Below are positions 19,745 to 30,439 of a DNA stretch of 64,000 nt, piece by piece. Position 1 is the stretch's first letter; each line of letters begins with the position of its first letter. The stretch is from Methanobacteriota archaeon (GTDB taxonomy: Archaea; Thermoplasmatota; Thermoplasmata; SG8-5; JAGLSY01), in assembly GCA_020696385.1 (NCBI GenBank), contig JAEHCQ010000005.1:104311-168310 (forward strand). Direction: 5' to 3'. The position numbers and the translations under genes are program-made. The notes below the pieces were generated by a model, which ran no database searches, was not told where the DNA came from, and worked only from the letters and a program-made list of their open reading frames with translations.

Positions 19745-19923
19745 AGTTTCACCGAAATTCGACGGAATGTCCTTCTTCCGTTGTTCGAATGAATATATTT
19801 TTTTATTAATGGGTTATCGTCGCTGAAATATCCACTTTTATAAATACTTATGTATGATTTAGCAGTGTTATGGCATAAATATATCTATATATGGGTTATT
19901 TTAATTGAAAAAAACCAATTATG

Positions 19924-20622
19924 TCAGGGATTATTGGCGACAATATTGACATAAGCCGCCCATTTTCTGCTTTTCGGGGAAGAAGTGAGCAAACGATTAT
20001 CGATCTTGAAGGCCACACGAGACAATGCTCTTGTGATGCCTTTCAAAGGCCCAGGCATTCTTGGGACAATATGTGGCATGAGGTAGAAGGTTATGAAATG
20101 ATGATCGACCCTATCGGTCTTGAAATATCGTTTGACAACCTCTTCCAGATCATTGAAGGGAAGAGGTTTTTCGCCCTCATCATGGTGGGTGGTCGTTATT
20201 CTTTTCCTGACGATATTGGCAAAGGGATTACGATCCAAGGGTTCTTGGATGATCAAGAAACCACCTGGTCTCAGAACCCTTTTGATCTCCTTCAGTGCTT
20301 TATCCAGCTCATCTGGAACATGATGGAGCATCGCGTGAACCGTCACCAGGTCTGCGGAAGAATCCTTGAAAGGAAGATCCAATCCACTGCCAAGAATATG
20401 CCGAACATCATTATCTATGACTCTTGGCTCAAGATCTATGCATACGACCATGGCCTCGGGGTGGCTGGACCTTGCCTTGTTTCCAAAACTGCCGCTACCG
20501 CCTCCGATATCTATGATCAGATCAAGCTTCTCGCATCTGGCAGATACTTCGCCCGGTACACTATTAAGTGCCTTCCAACCCATTCGGTTAACCTCTGGGT
20601 CCACGTTCCAATCTACTTCCAT
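19924..20622 (-). CDS. Class I SAM-dependent methyltransferase
   Basis: IDIGGGSG, LPFKDSSADLV, LHHV, EIKRVLRPGG. Confidence 0.88.
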   Translation of the reverse strand: MEVDWNVDPEVNRMGWKALNSVPGEVSARCEKLDLIIDIGGGSGSFGNKARSSHPEAMVVCIDLEPRVIDNDVRHILGSGLDLPFKDSSADLVTVHAMLHHVPDELDKALKEIKRVLRPGGFLIIQEPLDRNPFANIVRKRITTTHHDEGEKPLPFNDLEEVVKRYFKTDRVDHHFITFYLMPHIVPRMPGPLKGITRALSRVAFKIDNRLLTSSPKSRKWAAYVNIVANNP

Positions 20623-20768
20623 TGTATCTATACTCAAGGCAGTGGAACCTAATAAATATATTTATATCTACCCCATAAATAATAATAACATAAATAATGA
20701 TGATAATAATATTATACCACTAACAATAGGTTTTTATTCTCCCTGTATAATGAGGGTTCGGTGTTTAT

Positions 20769-21473
20769 TTGTCAGATAAGCCAAGAATAAAAACATACAT
20801 CCAGGGTTTGGATGAGCAATTGAATGGTGGGGTTCCAGTAGGGCACGTTTGCCTAGTATCTGGAATGCCAGGTACTATGAAATCTTCTGTTACCTACAGC
20901 ATACTCCATAACAATGCAAAGCATGGTGGAAAGAAAGGTCTTTACATTTCACTTGAGCAGGGCCGTGACTCTTTGATAGAGCATATGGATGGCCTTGGAA
21001 TGCCCAATGAAGAGGTTGATGGGTTAGTCAATATCGTTGATATCGGTTATCTCAGATTGAACATGGATACCTCATCTGAACAACAGAGCTGGATGCGAAT
21101 ATTCAAGATGTACGCGGAAAACCTCCATGTCAGCAATGAATACGAGATACTGATATGCGATTCATTACCTGTTCTGGAATTACTGGCAGATGTTGATAAT
21201 CGCCGAGCGGAATTATTCCATTTCTTCGGCTGGCTCAGGGAACTTGGTGTCACCACCTTCCTTATAGCCGAGGCATCGGATCAAGCAAATGTCGTGCATG
21301 ACGAAGACTTCCTGGCAGACGGTATCATCAGGCTGAGAAAAGAGCAGATGGGATACGATGTCAGCAGGCAGATCGTCATTGACAAGATGAGGACGACCAA
21401 ACACAATACTGGTTACTTCAGTCTGATGCTCGATGGAGAGCCCTTCTCGATAACACGTGTTATCGGGGATTGA
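20769..21473 (+). CDS. KaiC/RAD55-like RecA-superfamily ATPase (single domain)
   Basis: TYIQGLDEQLNGGVP, Walker A GMPGTMKS, YISLEQ, ICDSL, FLADGII, KMRTT. Confidence 0.88.
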   Translation: MSDKPRIKTYIQGLDEQLNGGVPVGHVCLVSGMPGTMKSSVTYSILHNNAKHGGKKGLYISLEQGRDSLIEHMDGLGMPNEEVDGLVNIVDIGYLRLNMDTSSEQQSWMRIFKMYAENLHVSNEYEILICDSLPVLELLADVDNRRAELFHFFGWLRELGVTTFLIAEASDQANVVHDEDFLADGIIRLRKEQMGYDVSRQIVIDKMRTTKHNTGYFSLMLDGEPFSITRVIGD

Positions 21474-21544
21474 AGCCTCTCGAAATAGCCTATTAAAATT
21501 GATTGATTAGCCTCGGCTCTGTTAATCAAATGAGCTATTCTGTT

Positions 21545-24433
21545 TCATTTGATATAGATCCCTGGCTTGAATGGAAATGCCCCATCTTTCTTGTTCTGAG
21601 GATCATCGATATTTGACTCATCGGCCTGATAGACATGGACTTCGCAATTGAATTCCTTTTTTAGGAATTCCTTTGCGGATTTCAGAATGGTGCTTTCATT
21701 CAATCCCTCTGACACCCATTTCTTGTCAGAGTCTGAGAATTTCATGGCATTCTTCATAAGCCGCTTGCCGAATGAGCTAAGTTCCTTCGCACGAGCTTTA
21801 AGGTCGGCATCAGCCATTGCCAATTTCATAAGCTGGCCCATATTTATCCGGCCATTCTCCAATAGATCAAGGCCAAGTGAGAAATACTTAGTCTTATAAT
21901 CTGGTAAAGTGTAAATGCAGATCTTGGATGGGCTTATCTTCGTCATTTTTATTATGCCATTGATATCAGCCAGAACATCCTTCACATAATTCTCTGAAAG
22001 GAGTTTGCCCTCATTCATATCGAACTCACTGGCCTCGGGGAAGCTGGCCACCGATACAAGACCATCATTTCCAAGCGTCTCCCACAGCTCTTCAGACATA
22101 TGTGGTGTGAAAGGAGCCATGAGGCGTGTCCAGGCCCCCAGAACTTTCTTAATGAGTTCTGGGTTATTTCCTCCACGCCTCGTGTACCATTTCAGATCCG
22201 ACATGATCTCGAAGAATATACGATTGGAAGCCTCTCTCAATTCGAACCTGTCGAGCGAGTCCCTGACATAGGCGACATTATTGGACATTCGCGAGCTCAG
22301 CCAGCTGTCTAGATATTCATCTGACTCACCCTTGATGTCCATCAGATCATTGGCCAGATTCCAGACGCGGTCCATCCTCTGCCTGCTATTGTGGACATTG
22401 GCCTCATCCCACTCCACATCCACGAAAGGATTGGCGATGTGTGAATAGTAAAGTCGCATGCCATCCACCGTGAATTTGCTGGCTGCATTCGGGATCGGCT
22501 CGGCTCCACCCTTGGACTTACTCATTTTACCGCTCTTTCCAGATATCCACCAGTTGACCAGAATTCCCTGTGGCCAGTCCTTTTCCGGCATGATGGCCAC
22601 GTGATTCATCAGGAAGAGCGGAAAGTGCACGGTCATGTGCTCCTTGCCACCCAGATTGATGTCCAGAGGATACCAGTAATTGAAATCCTCGCGCACCCTA
22701 TTTAGGGTTTCAACAGATATTCCAGTGGTTTCACTCACACTGGCATTATCTCCGTTTCCGAGGAAGACGAAATTGAAGAATATATCATTCAACTGCTCTT
22801 CTTTTATCAGGCCAGCATTAATATAAGGAGATATTATATAAAAAGCAGAATATAAAGTAGAATCCGATATTGGCTCGATTATCCAGCGATCGTCCATTGG
22901 CAGTCTTGTACCCAGCCAATTTCCAAGTCTGGCACATGCTCTCTCCTTGAACCAATCGAGAGCCCCGGGCATGTTTTCCTGGTAATCCTGTGGCAGGATG
23001 TTCATCTTGGGGACAAAGGCCTTGGCGGCTTCCGTAACCTTCTCATTACCATAATCGATGAACCACTGGTCCGGTATCTTCTTCATGATGACCTTTTCAC
23101 CACATCTGCAGATGACTGGCTCTGAAAGATCGTGCATGATATCCGCTACACCGAGGTCAAGCATCATTTCTTTAACCTGATCCTTGGCAATACTGACAGT
23201 CAAGCCAGCATATTCCCCGCAGATATCGCGCATGACGCCAGTGTGGAAGCCAGACTTGTAGATCTCCTTGGTGGCCTCTTCCAGCCTTGGGTCATTTTGA
23301 TCGGTGATGTTCATTTTTTCTACTATCTCGACACCTGGATTGTCTCCATAGCCCTTGGATTTGATTATCGGAATTGGCTCAATGGCCTTGACCATCGCAT
23401 TGTCGATACCGAACTTCTCACAAGTGGCAGGATCATTGGCCAGGTCCACCAGAGCGATCCAATCATATGGAGCGTCTGAAGGGACGCTCGTAACAAGGCC
23501 AGTACCATAATCAGGGTCTGTGAAGGATGATGGTAGAATAGGAATTTCACGCTCGATGACCGGAGCCGTCACTATCTTGCCGATAAGCTCGGTGGCCGGA
23601 ACTTTTCCAATGACCTCCACATCGTCCTTTTGGAAGCTCAGTTTCTCGGCCCCTTCCGGACTCACAATCCACACCTCGCCATCAACTCTGGCTCGGACAT
23701 ATTCCACATCTGGATTGGCCCAGAAATTCGTCTGGCCATATACCGTTTCTGGCCTGAGCGTGGCAGCTATCACGAACTCATCGCCCATCTTGAATTTAAG
23801 AAGTGTCCACTCCTGCTTCTCCGCATTCCCACCCTGAGAGATATCGGTCTCCGAAGCATCCACAGCAACTGGTCCGCAATTAAGACATGCGGAGCCAAAG
23901 TATGGCTTCTGGATAAGCATCCCGGCCTTGTCCAGTTTCCTGAACTGCCACTGGATGAATTTCTGGTATCCGGGGTCGATAGTGGTTGTGAAACAATCGT
24001 AACTGGCTAAGAATCCAAACTTCTTCCAGTAATCGTCAATGTAGATCTGGCTGAAGAATTTGACAACCTCAAGAGGGTCCTTCAGTCTTTCAAGATCTTC
24101 ATCACTGCATCCATTGGCCTTCAGCATATTGATATGATCTGGAATATTCCTCTCGATCTTCCTGGAGAAGGCCGGGGCTATATTGCCAGATGGGTGAGCG
24201 CCAACAGGAAAAAGCACATTGTAGCCGTCCATGCGCTTGTACCTGGTTATCACATCGGAATACGTGTAACCGCGCATATGTCCCACATGCAGATAGCCGG
24301 ACATTCCAGGGTAGGCGAACATGAGGAAGAATTTCTTTTGGTCTGGCACTGGCTGGGGGTGGCATATATCCGAATCAAACCACTTTTTCTGCCATTTGGC
24401 CTCCACTTCGGAAGCAATGTAATCTCTTTCCAT
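21545..24433 (-). CDS. leuS: Leucine--tRNA ligase, archaeal type
   Basis: AYPGMSGYLHVGH (HIGH), ATLRPET, VTSVPSDAPYD editing domain, GKEH, KMSKSKG, C-terminal AFPFKPGIYIK. Confidence 0.96.
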   Translation of the reverse strand: MERDYIASEVEAKWQKKWFDSDICHPQPVPDQKKFFLMFAYPGMSGYLHVGHMRGYTYSDVITRYKRMDGYNVLFPVGAHPSGNIAPAFSRKIERNIPDHINMLKANGCSDEDLERLKDPLEVVKFFSQIYIDDYWKKFGFLASYDCFTTTIDPGYQKFIQWQFRKLDKAGMLIQKPYFGSACLNCGPVAVDASETDISQGGNAEKQEWTLLKFKMGDEFVIAATLRPETVYGQTNFWANPDVEYVRARVDGEVWIVSPEGAEKLSFQKDDVEVIGKVPATELIGKIVTAPVIEREIPILPSSFTDPDYGTGLVTSVPSDAPYDWIALVDLANDPATCEKFGIDNAMVKAIEPIPIIKSKGYGDNPGVEIVEKMNITDQNDPRLEEATKEIYKSGFHTGVMRDICGEYAGLTVSIAKDQVKEMMLDLGVADIMHDLSEPVICRCGEKVIMKKIPDQWFIDYGNEKVTEAAKAFVPKMNILPQDYQENMPGALDWFKERACARLGNWLGTRLPMDDRWIIEPISDSTLYSAFYIISPYINAGLIKEEQLNDIFFNFVFLGNGDNASVSETTGISVETLNRVREDFNYWYPLDINLGGKEHMTVHFPLFLMNHVAIMPEKDWPQGILVNWWISGKSGKMSKSKGGAEPIPNAASKFTVDGMRLYYSHIANPFVDVEWDEANVHNSRQRMDRVWNLANDLMDIKGESDEYLDSWLSSRMSNNVAYVRDSLDRFELREASNRIFFEIMSDLKWYTRRGGNNPELIKKVLGAWTRLMAPFTPHMSEELWETLGNDGLVSVASFPEASEFDMNEGKLLSENYVKDVLADINGIIKMTKISPSKICIYTLPDYKTKYFSLGLDLLENGRINMGQLMKLAMADADLKARAKELSSFGKRLMKNAMKFSDSDKKWVSEGLNESTILKSAKEFLKKEFNCEVHVYQADESNIDDPQNKKDGAFPFKPGIYIK

Positions 24434-24516
24434 CAGAACAGGAGAAATGGAAATCGCTAAAAAAGGTTGCTATCGTAAGATTATTAAGTACAGAGAACAA
24501 TATTGTATATGATAAT

Positions 24517-24825
24517 ATGGCAAAAAAAGAAGACACCCAGCAGGAATTGATCGTGCTCAAGAGGGATGCGGAGTTCATCCTATCATGCCTCGAACCCTTC
24601 AAAGAGGGATTTGTTTCAGGGTACTCATGGGGCAGACTTCCACGCGAGAACTTGAAGAAGATAATCGAGCTCTACAATGACATACTGGCCAAGGCACAGA
24701 AACTGCAGAAGTCCGAGAAGACCATACAGGGACTGAAGCCAGTTGACATCGATGATTTTAATGAATTCGACCTGCTGATAAACGTGGCCATGCTGAATAA
24801 TCATATTATCATCAATGACCTATAG
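24517..24825 (+). CDS. Hypothetical protein, 102 aa
   Basis: Clean ORF divergent from leuS; protein-like composition; no family recognised. Confidence 0.6.
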   Translation: MAKKEDTQQELIVLKRDAEFILSCLEPFKEGFVSGYSWGRLPRENLKKIIELYNDILAKAQKLQKSEKTIQGLKPVDIDDFNEFDLLINVAMLNNHIIINDL

Positions 24826-25046
24826 GGTACAAGAACATTTTGAATTCAAGCATGCCCCGTCTGAATGACAGTATACTGTCATCTGGAGGGCGGGGTACTC
24901 CCAGTGTTTTCTCAGTGAGTGACAGTTACAATGTACCAGTGGGAAGATTACCCACTCGCAGATTTGAGCGAGTGGTCAATTCAAACCCCGGTTGGAGTCC
25001 AACGATGGCCGGGGTCCTTATCCACACCCGGCTCAACAAACCCATC

Positions 25047-26588
25047 CTACTTCTTCACCTGATATATCACATCTATAACAGTGCCATCTCTGTACGCGAT
25101 AATGGCAACAACCCGATCGGTATAATTCGGCTCGGGTGCTTTTCCGCCTGCTTTCTGCTCCGCTATCCTGGCCAGGTCCTGAATGTCTATCACATTCAGG
25201 TTTGCTTCTTTTGCCATTTCTATCATGTCATCCCGCAGAGGGTTTATCGCGATGCCAGCTTCCGTAACTATGGCATCGATGGTTTCTCCCGGCGTTGTTA
25301 CATTCGTCACCTTGTCCATGACGATCGGCCAGTTCTTCCTGTGGGTGGGGCAGGTGATCACAGTCATCTTCGAGCCAGCAGCGACATCCTGATGACCGCC
25401 AATTCCGTGTAGTAGATAGCCGTCAGAGTGGGTGTTCACATTGACATTAAAGTCGGTATCAACTTCTGTCGCACCCAGGAAAGCCAGATCCACCATATTG
25501 ACCAGCTGGCCTCTATTGAAAGGATTGGCGTAAAAGTCAGGCTCAATTTCGTGATGTTTTGGATTGGAATTGAGTGATTGGATGCTGGGGATATCAAAGC
25601 TCTGGGTGTCCAGTATCTTCTCGATGAGCCCCTCTTCCAGCATCTTGACGATATGGCCAGTTATTCCGCCATGGGCGAAACCGGCCTTGATATTCTTCTT
25701 CTTCATCTTTTCGCGGATGAAGTCGAGGGCGGCCAGTGATATTCCTCCAGCTCCTGCCTGGAAGGAAAAGCCATTCTTGATCACGCCACAAGCATCAGCT
25801 AACTCGACAGTTTGTCGCGCGATGTCCAGACGCATTGGATCTGTGGTCGGCTGCATGGTGCCAGTTGCGATTCCCTCGGGGTCTCCAATTGAATCGACCT
25901 TCACCACCCAGTCAACATAAACTTGAGAAATTACCGGGGGCATGACCGGATATGGCTGAATATTATCTGTTACGACGACCGTGTTCTTCGCGTATCGAGA
26001 GTCAGCCAGAGCATAACCCAGGGGCCCACAAGCGGACTTACCTTCTCTTCCATTCGCATTGCCGTATACATCGGCAATGGGAGCTGCGACGAAGGCCGTG
26101 TCGATCTTCAGCGCGCCTATGTGGATGGCGCGAACTCGACTGCCATGTGATCGGAGAATTGCGAGGTCGTGCATCTTTCCCTCAGATACAGTTCGACCCA
26201 CCGGGCCATTCATACTGCCCTCGATGGACGATATGGTGCCGTTCTCTATCATCTTCACTATGGGTTCATGTACAGAGAATAAAGCGCTCTGTGCCAGCTT
26301 AAGACCCTTTAGACCGCGTTTCTGGGCCACATCCATCACCATATTGATGACATGATCGCCGTTCCTCAGGTGGTGGTGGAAGGATAAGCATGCGCCGTGG
26401 GTGATGCCGCATTTGTCAAATGAATCATCTATGCTGGATACCATTTTATCAGGTGCATAGCTGGTGGGCTTCAGGGGCAGGGGGACCTTCCAGCCCCTGG
26501 CATGCCTCTCAAAAGCTCCCTTATAAGGTACAAGATGTCTTCCTCCGACTAATGACGGTATTTCCCTGCCTACTGCATTGACTGGCAT
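25047..26588 (-). CDS. citF: Citrate lyase alpha subunit / citrate CoA-transferase, copy 2
   Basis: NAVGREIP, SFHHHLRNGD, RSHGSR, CGPLGYA, FSFQAGAGG, LGATEVDTDFNVNV, GGHQD, TTPGETID, YRDGTVID. Confidence 0.92.
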   Translation of the reverse strand: MPVNAVGREIPSLVGGRHLVPYKGAFERHARGWKVPLPLKPTSYAPDKMVSSIDDSFDKCGITHGACLSFHHHLRNGDHVINMVMDVAQKRGLKGLKLAQSALFSVHEPIVKMIENGTISSIEGSMNGPVGRTVSEGKMHDLAILRSHGSRVRAIHIGALKIDTAFVAAPIADVYGNANGREGKSACGPLGYALADSRYAKNTVVVTDNIQPYPVMPPVISQVYVDWVVKVDSIGDPEGIATGTMQPTTDPMRLDIARQTVELADACGVIKNGFSFQAGAGGISLAALDFIREKMKKKNIKAGFAHGGITGHIVKMLEEGLIEKILDTQSFDIPSIQSLNSNPKHHEIEPDFYANPFNRGQLVNMVDLAFLGATEVDTDFNVNVNTHSDGYLLHGIGGHQDVAAGSKMTVITCPTHRKNWPIVMDKVTNVTTPGETIDAIVTEAGIAINPLRDDMIEMAKEANLNVIDIQDLARIAEQKAGGKAPEPNYTDRVVAIIAYRDGTVIDVIYQVKK

Positions 26589-26636
26589 TTAATTTATCTC
26601 CATTTATTAAATTGTTAATATATTATTGCGCATATA

Positions 26637-27443
26637 TTATTTATATTCATCTGGCAGATCGCATTCATCAGGCCCATCATAATCGTGTTCTGATGAGTAC
26701 ATCTTGCGCATTGGCCTCTCACGACTCATCTCCTCATAGGCTTGGGCCACGAGGCCAGCAGTTCTCCCCATTAGGAAAAATGCCTTGCCCAGACGGTGAT
26801 CGAAGCCCATATCGGACATAACGGCGGCGATAGCCCCATCCACATTGATGGGTAGCTTGCGACCAGTCTGTGATTCCAATTCCACCTCAATAGCCTTGGA
26901 GAGCTCCACATGCTTGTCAGCGATCTCGTATTCCGCGGAAAGCGCGAACAGCTTTCCGGTCCTTGGATCCGACGTATGAACTCTGTGGCCGAAGCCTGGT
27001 AATCTCTTTTTCTGTTCTCGGGATTCGGCAACTATCTGCCTGGCGACCTCGGTTATTTCGAGGTCCTCTCCATTCGCCCTGATGACACCTTCCTGAAGAA
27101 GGAGCGCGCCCTTTTCGATAGCTCCACCGTGAACATCGCCAACTGCCATGATGCCAGCGGCTACCGCGGTTGGGAGCGGGACACCGGAAGAAGCGACGGT
27201 ACGCGCCGCCCTTGCTGAAGGCGGCGTTATCCCGTGATCGATGGATGATGTAAGAATAGCATCCATCATCTTTCCCTCATTCTCTGTTGGCATCCTGCCG
27301 CTCAGTATCAGAAATACATTGTGAGAGAAGGGCACATTGCCGATAAGATCCTCCTGCCTGTAGCCACGAGTTACGATATGATTGGGTTTGACAGTGGTTA
27401 TGCCAGTCTTCCAAATTGGGTCATCTTCTGCCAAGAAGCTCAA
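26637..27443 (-). CDS. ccl: Citryl-CoA lyase (citrate-synthase-family C-terminal fold)
   Basis: WKTGIT..PNHIVTRGY, DHGITPPSA, HGGA, PGFGHRVH..DPR, PINVDGA; 268 aa; TTG start overlaps the upstream citF stop. Confidence 0.85.
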   Translation of the reverse strand: MSFLAEDDPIWKTGITTVKPNHIVTRGYRQEDLIGNVPFSHNVFLILSGRMPTENEGKMMDAILTSSIDHGITPPSARAARTVASSGVPLPTAVAAGIMAVGDVHGGAIEKGALLLQEGVIRANGEDLEITEVARQIVAESREQKKRLPGFGHRVHTSDPRTGKLFALSAEYEIADKHVELSKAIEVELESQTGRKLPINVDGAIAAVMSDMGFDHRLGKAFFLMGRTAGLVAQAYEEMSRERPMRKMYSSEHDYDGPDECDLPDEYK

Positions 27444-28981
27444 TCCTCCCTTTTCACTTCGCGGACCACATCGGTCACGGTCCCATCTCTGAACTTGATC
27501 ACACCAACGAATTTATCCGTGTACTCAAGTGGCTCGGGAGCGCCAGTGATATCATAGGCCATGTCCCTGAGAGCCTCAATTGGCTTTGGATCGAACTCAG
27601 CCAGGAGCTTCCAAAGGTCCTGCCTTTTCGGGTTAATTGTAATACCCTGGTCTGTCGCGATCACATCCACGCATTCGCCAGGTGTTGTTACAGTTGTTAC
27701 CGAATCCCTCACGATGGGATTCGTTTTCCTGACTATCGGAGTTGTTATGAAAGTGACCTTCGAGCCAGCAGCCGCATCTGGATGTCCTCCACTGCCGTGC
27801 AGGAGAAGTCCATCCGAGTGCGTGTTCACATTCACATTGAAGTCCACATCCACCTCTGTGGCTCCCAGGAAACAAGCGTCCTGCTGATGGGTTATGCAAC
27901 CTCTTGAATGCGGATTTCCAAAGTGATAGTGCGATACCTCGACATGATCTGGATCGTTCAGAAGTGAATCGATGGCCGGAATATCGAATGCCTGGGCATC
28001 CAGTATCTTTCTCAGCGTGCCACCGTGAAGCATGTCCACCACCTGGCCGGTTATCCCACCCATGGCGAAACTGCCCACGACGCCTTTCTCCAGCATCCTC
28101 TCATGAAGGAACTTGACAACTGCCAGTGACATTCCACCGGCTCCCGCCTGGAAGGAAAATCCATCTTCCAGCTGGCCGATGGCATCCATCGCATCCACAA
28201 CCTGCTGAGCGATCTTAAGGCGTACAGGATCTTCTGTGATCTTCATCGTGCCAGTGGCGATTCCCTTTGGATCTCCAATATTGTCCACATTGACAACAAA
28301 GTCCACCTGATGCTCCGGAATACTAATTGGAGTGCATGGGTATGGCTGAAGATTATCCGTGATTATCACAACTCTGTCAGCGAACCAGGAGTCTGCTATT
28401 GCGAATCCCATTGGCCCGAACTTCGACTCACCCAGTACACCATTGCAGTTACCGGAATCATCAGACCCGGAGGCTGCGAGGAAGGCAACGTCAATGTGCA
28501 TATTGCCTCTTTCCAGATCAAGAGTTCTTGCACCATGTGTCCTGATGACAACTGGCTCGACGCATGGATTCTCCGATATGTACTTCCCGAGGGGACCATT
28601 CAAATTACCCTCAAAGCTGGTGACAACACCGTTCTTGATGTGCTCGACAAGTGCTTCTGTGTGAATTGCAAAAACAGATGAATGGCGCATTCCGATATTC
28701 TTGATGCCTTTCCTGGCGATCTCCTCCAGCACCATGGCGACGACATAGTCCCCATTCCTCAGGTGATGGTGAAATGAAATATTCATCCCGCTCTTCAAGC
28801 CAGACTTGTCAATTGCCTCGGATATTGATGATAAAAGCTTCTTCTTTCCAGGATGGCTAGACCATATCTTCCTTGCTATGGCATTGCCCCTCGGTGTTGT
28901 TGCAAATGCTCCTTTAAAGGGCTCCAATTCTATACTGCCTATCTTCTCAGGGATCTCCCTGCCAAGCGCGTTCATTACCAT
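27440..28981 (-). CDS. citF: Citrate lyase alpha subunit / citrate CoA-transferase, copy 1
   Basis: NALGREIP, SFHHHLRNGD, RTHGAR, FSFQAGAGG, LGATEVDVDFNVNV, GGHPD, FRDGTVTD. Confidence 0.92.
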   Translation of the reverse strand: MVMNALGREIPEKIGSIELEPFKGAFATTPRGNAIARKIWSSHPGKKKLLSSISEAIDKSGLKSGMNISFHHHLRNGDYVVAMVLEEIARKGIKNIGMRHSSVFAIHTEALVEHIKNGVVTSFEGNLNGPLGKYISENPCVEPVVIRTHGARTLDLERGNMHIDVAFLAASGSDDSGNCNGVLGESKFGPMGFAIADSWFADRVVIITDNLQPYPCTPISIPEHQVDFVVNVDNIGDPKGIATGTMKITEDPVRLKIAQQVVDAMDAIGQLEDGFSFQAGAGGMSLAVVKFLHERMLEKGVVGSFAMGGITGQVVDMLHGGTLRKILDAQAFDIPAIDSLLNDPDHVEVSHYHFGNPHSRGCITHQQDACFLGATEVDVDFNVNVNTHSDGLLLHGSGGHPDAAAGSKVTFITTPIVRKTNPIVRDSVTTVTTPGECVDVIATDQGITINPKRQDLWKLLAEFDPKPIEALRDMAYDITGAPEPLEYTDKFVGVIKFRDGTVTDVVREVKRED

Positions 28982-29166
28982 TTTCAGACACCTCGATCAT
29001 TATTGCATCCTGCATGCGTATCATGTGCATACGGGCATATGAAAGGTGAATGATAACTCGTATTATTAAAGGTAATGTTGGAAGTAAATAAATAGCATGA
29101 GCTTCAGAAATTGACAGTTTCATAAGTAATCATTAATAACTTGCAAGGAGTTCAAGTGCTGGTGAT

Positions 29167-30390
29167 TTGATAAGCGACCTATCCTCTCTGGTAGTTGCCG
29201 CCATTCTGGCATTTGCCGCACCTCTTATTTGTGAAAGACTTAAGATACCAATTGTAGTTGGCGAGATAATCTTCGGTCTGGCAGTAGGTCTTATTGCATT
29301 CGCCGCCCTGGAATTCTACGATATCAGTATTCTCGAATCTTCAGCTTCTCTCGAATTCCTGGCTCTTATCGGTTTCATCTTCCTGATGTTCCTGGCTGGC
29401 CTGGAGATCGATTTCGAGATCCTTCAGGAACAGGGCATTAAATCCCTGATATACGCGATCATGATATTCGGTTTCACCCTGGCCATATCCTATTTCATAG
29501 TCAGTGCCTTGAGCATATCCGAAGATCCCTTTTTCATGTCCCTGGTCCTCAGCACAACTTCTGTAGGCGTGGTATTGCCCACGCTGAGGGAAACCGGCCT
29601 TAGCAAAACGAAGGCCGGCCAGACAATCATACTATCAGCCATTGTGGCTGATTTCGCCACGATGATACTCCTGACCTATTATGCAATTGGCATGACCATC
29701 GATGTTACTGGCCCTGGAGCCATGATGCCTCTGATATTCATCTTCTTCATCGTATCACTATTCTTCACCATACATCTGGCAGGCAGATTGGCCATCTGGC
29801 ACTTCCCAAATACCCTGGTAAAGTTCTTCTCTCAGGATGATGCCACCGAGATGGGAGTTCGGGCTTCCATCGCCATCCTTTTCATCTTCGTGGCAATGTC
29901 CCAGACCATTGGAGGAGAGGCCTCCACCAGCATAGCCATTCTTGGGGCTTTCATGGCCGGTGCTGTGATATCATTCACCTTTACGAAACAGGCTATACTC
30001 GAAAAGAAATTGTTCGGACTGGGCTTCGGATTTCTCATACCCTTTTTCTTCATACATCTTGGAATCTCATTCGACTTCCAAAGCATACTGGAAGGCACAG
30101 ATCTTCTTGGATTAATGCTCGTGTTCCTGGCAATTGCCTTTGCAGTGAAGCTGATACCATCTCTATTTCTACTGCCCACCTTCAAGGCCCGCAATACACT
30201 GGCCATCGGATTCCTGCTGGCATCCCGACTCAGCTTGATAATAGCAGCTGCTGAAATTGGTCGCGAGCTTGACATAATTGATGAGTCCATGAGAAGCGCA
30301 CTTATTCTTGTGGGGATCACAACCAGTATCGTCTGCCCCATGATATTCAGAAGAATTTACAAGCCAGGCGTAGAGGAGGCGATCTCGTGA
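29167..30390 (+). CDS. CPA2 cation:proton antiporter (Kef/NapA-like)
   Basis: IPIVVGEIIFG, FLMFLAGLEID, STTSVGVV, ILGAFMAG, FLIPFFF, SRLSL; many TM helices. Confidence 0.9.
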   Translation: MISDLSSLVVAAILAFAAPLICERLKIPIVVGEIIFGLAVGLIAFAALEFYDISILESSASLEFLALIGFIFLMFLAGLEIDFEILQEQGIKSLIYAIMIFGFTLAISYFIVSALSISEDPFFMSLVLSTTSVGVVLPTLRETGLSKTKAGQTIILSAIVADFATMILLTYYAIGMTIDVTGPGAMMPLIFIFFIVSLFFTIHLAGRLAIWHFPNTLVKFFSQDDATEMGVRASIAILFIFVAMSQTIGGEASTSIAILGAFMAGAVISFTFTKQAILEKKLFGLGFGFLIPFFFIHLGISFDFQSILEGTDLLGLMLVFLAIAFAVKLIPSLFLLPTFKARNTLAIGFLLASRLSLIIAAAEIGRELDIIDESMRSALILVGITTSIVCPMIFRRIYKPGVEEAIS

Positions 30391-30439
30391 GATCGACACA
30401 GAAAGCGATCTTCATTAGTTCACCACGGGGGGTGAAATA

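Noticed and set aside
19921-20652. 243-aa + strand ORF and other long antisense ORFs (33714-34703, 9324-10031, 62625-63359, 24840-25412)
   Set aside because: Shadows of well-supported genes on the opposite strand with no recognisable motifs
20769-21473. Circadian KaiC
   Set aside because: Single-domain KaiC-like ATPase of a type common in archaea; no kaiB nearby
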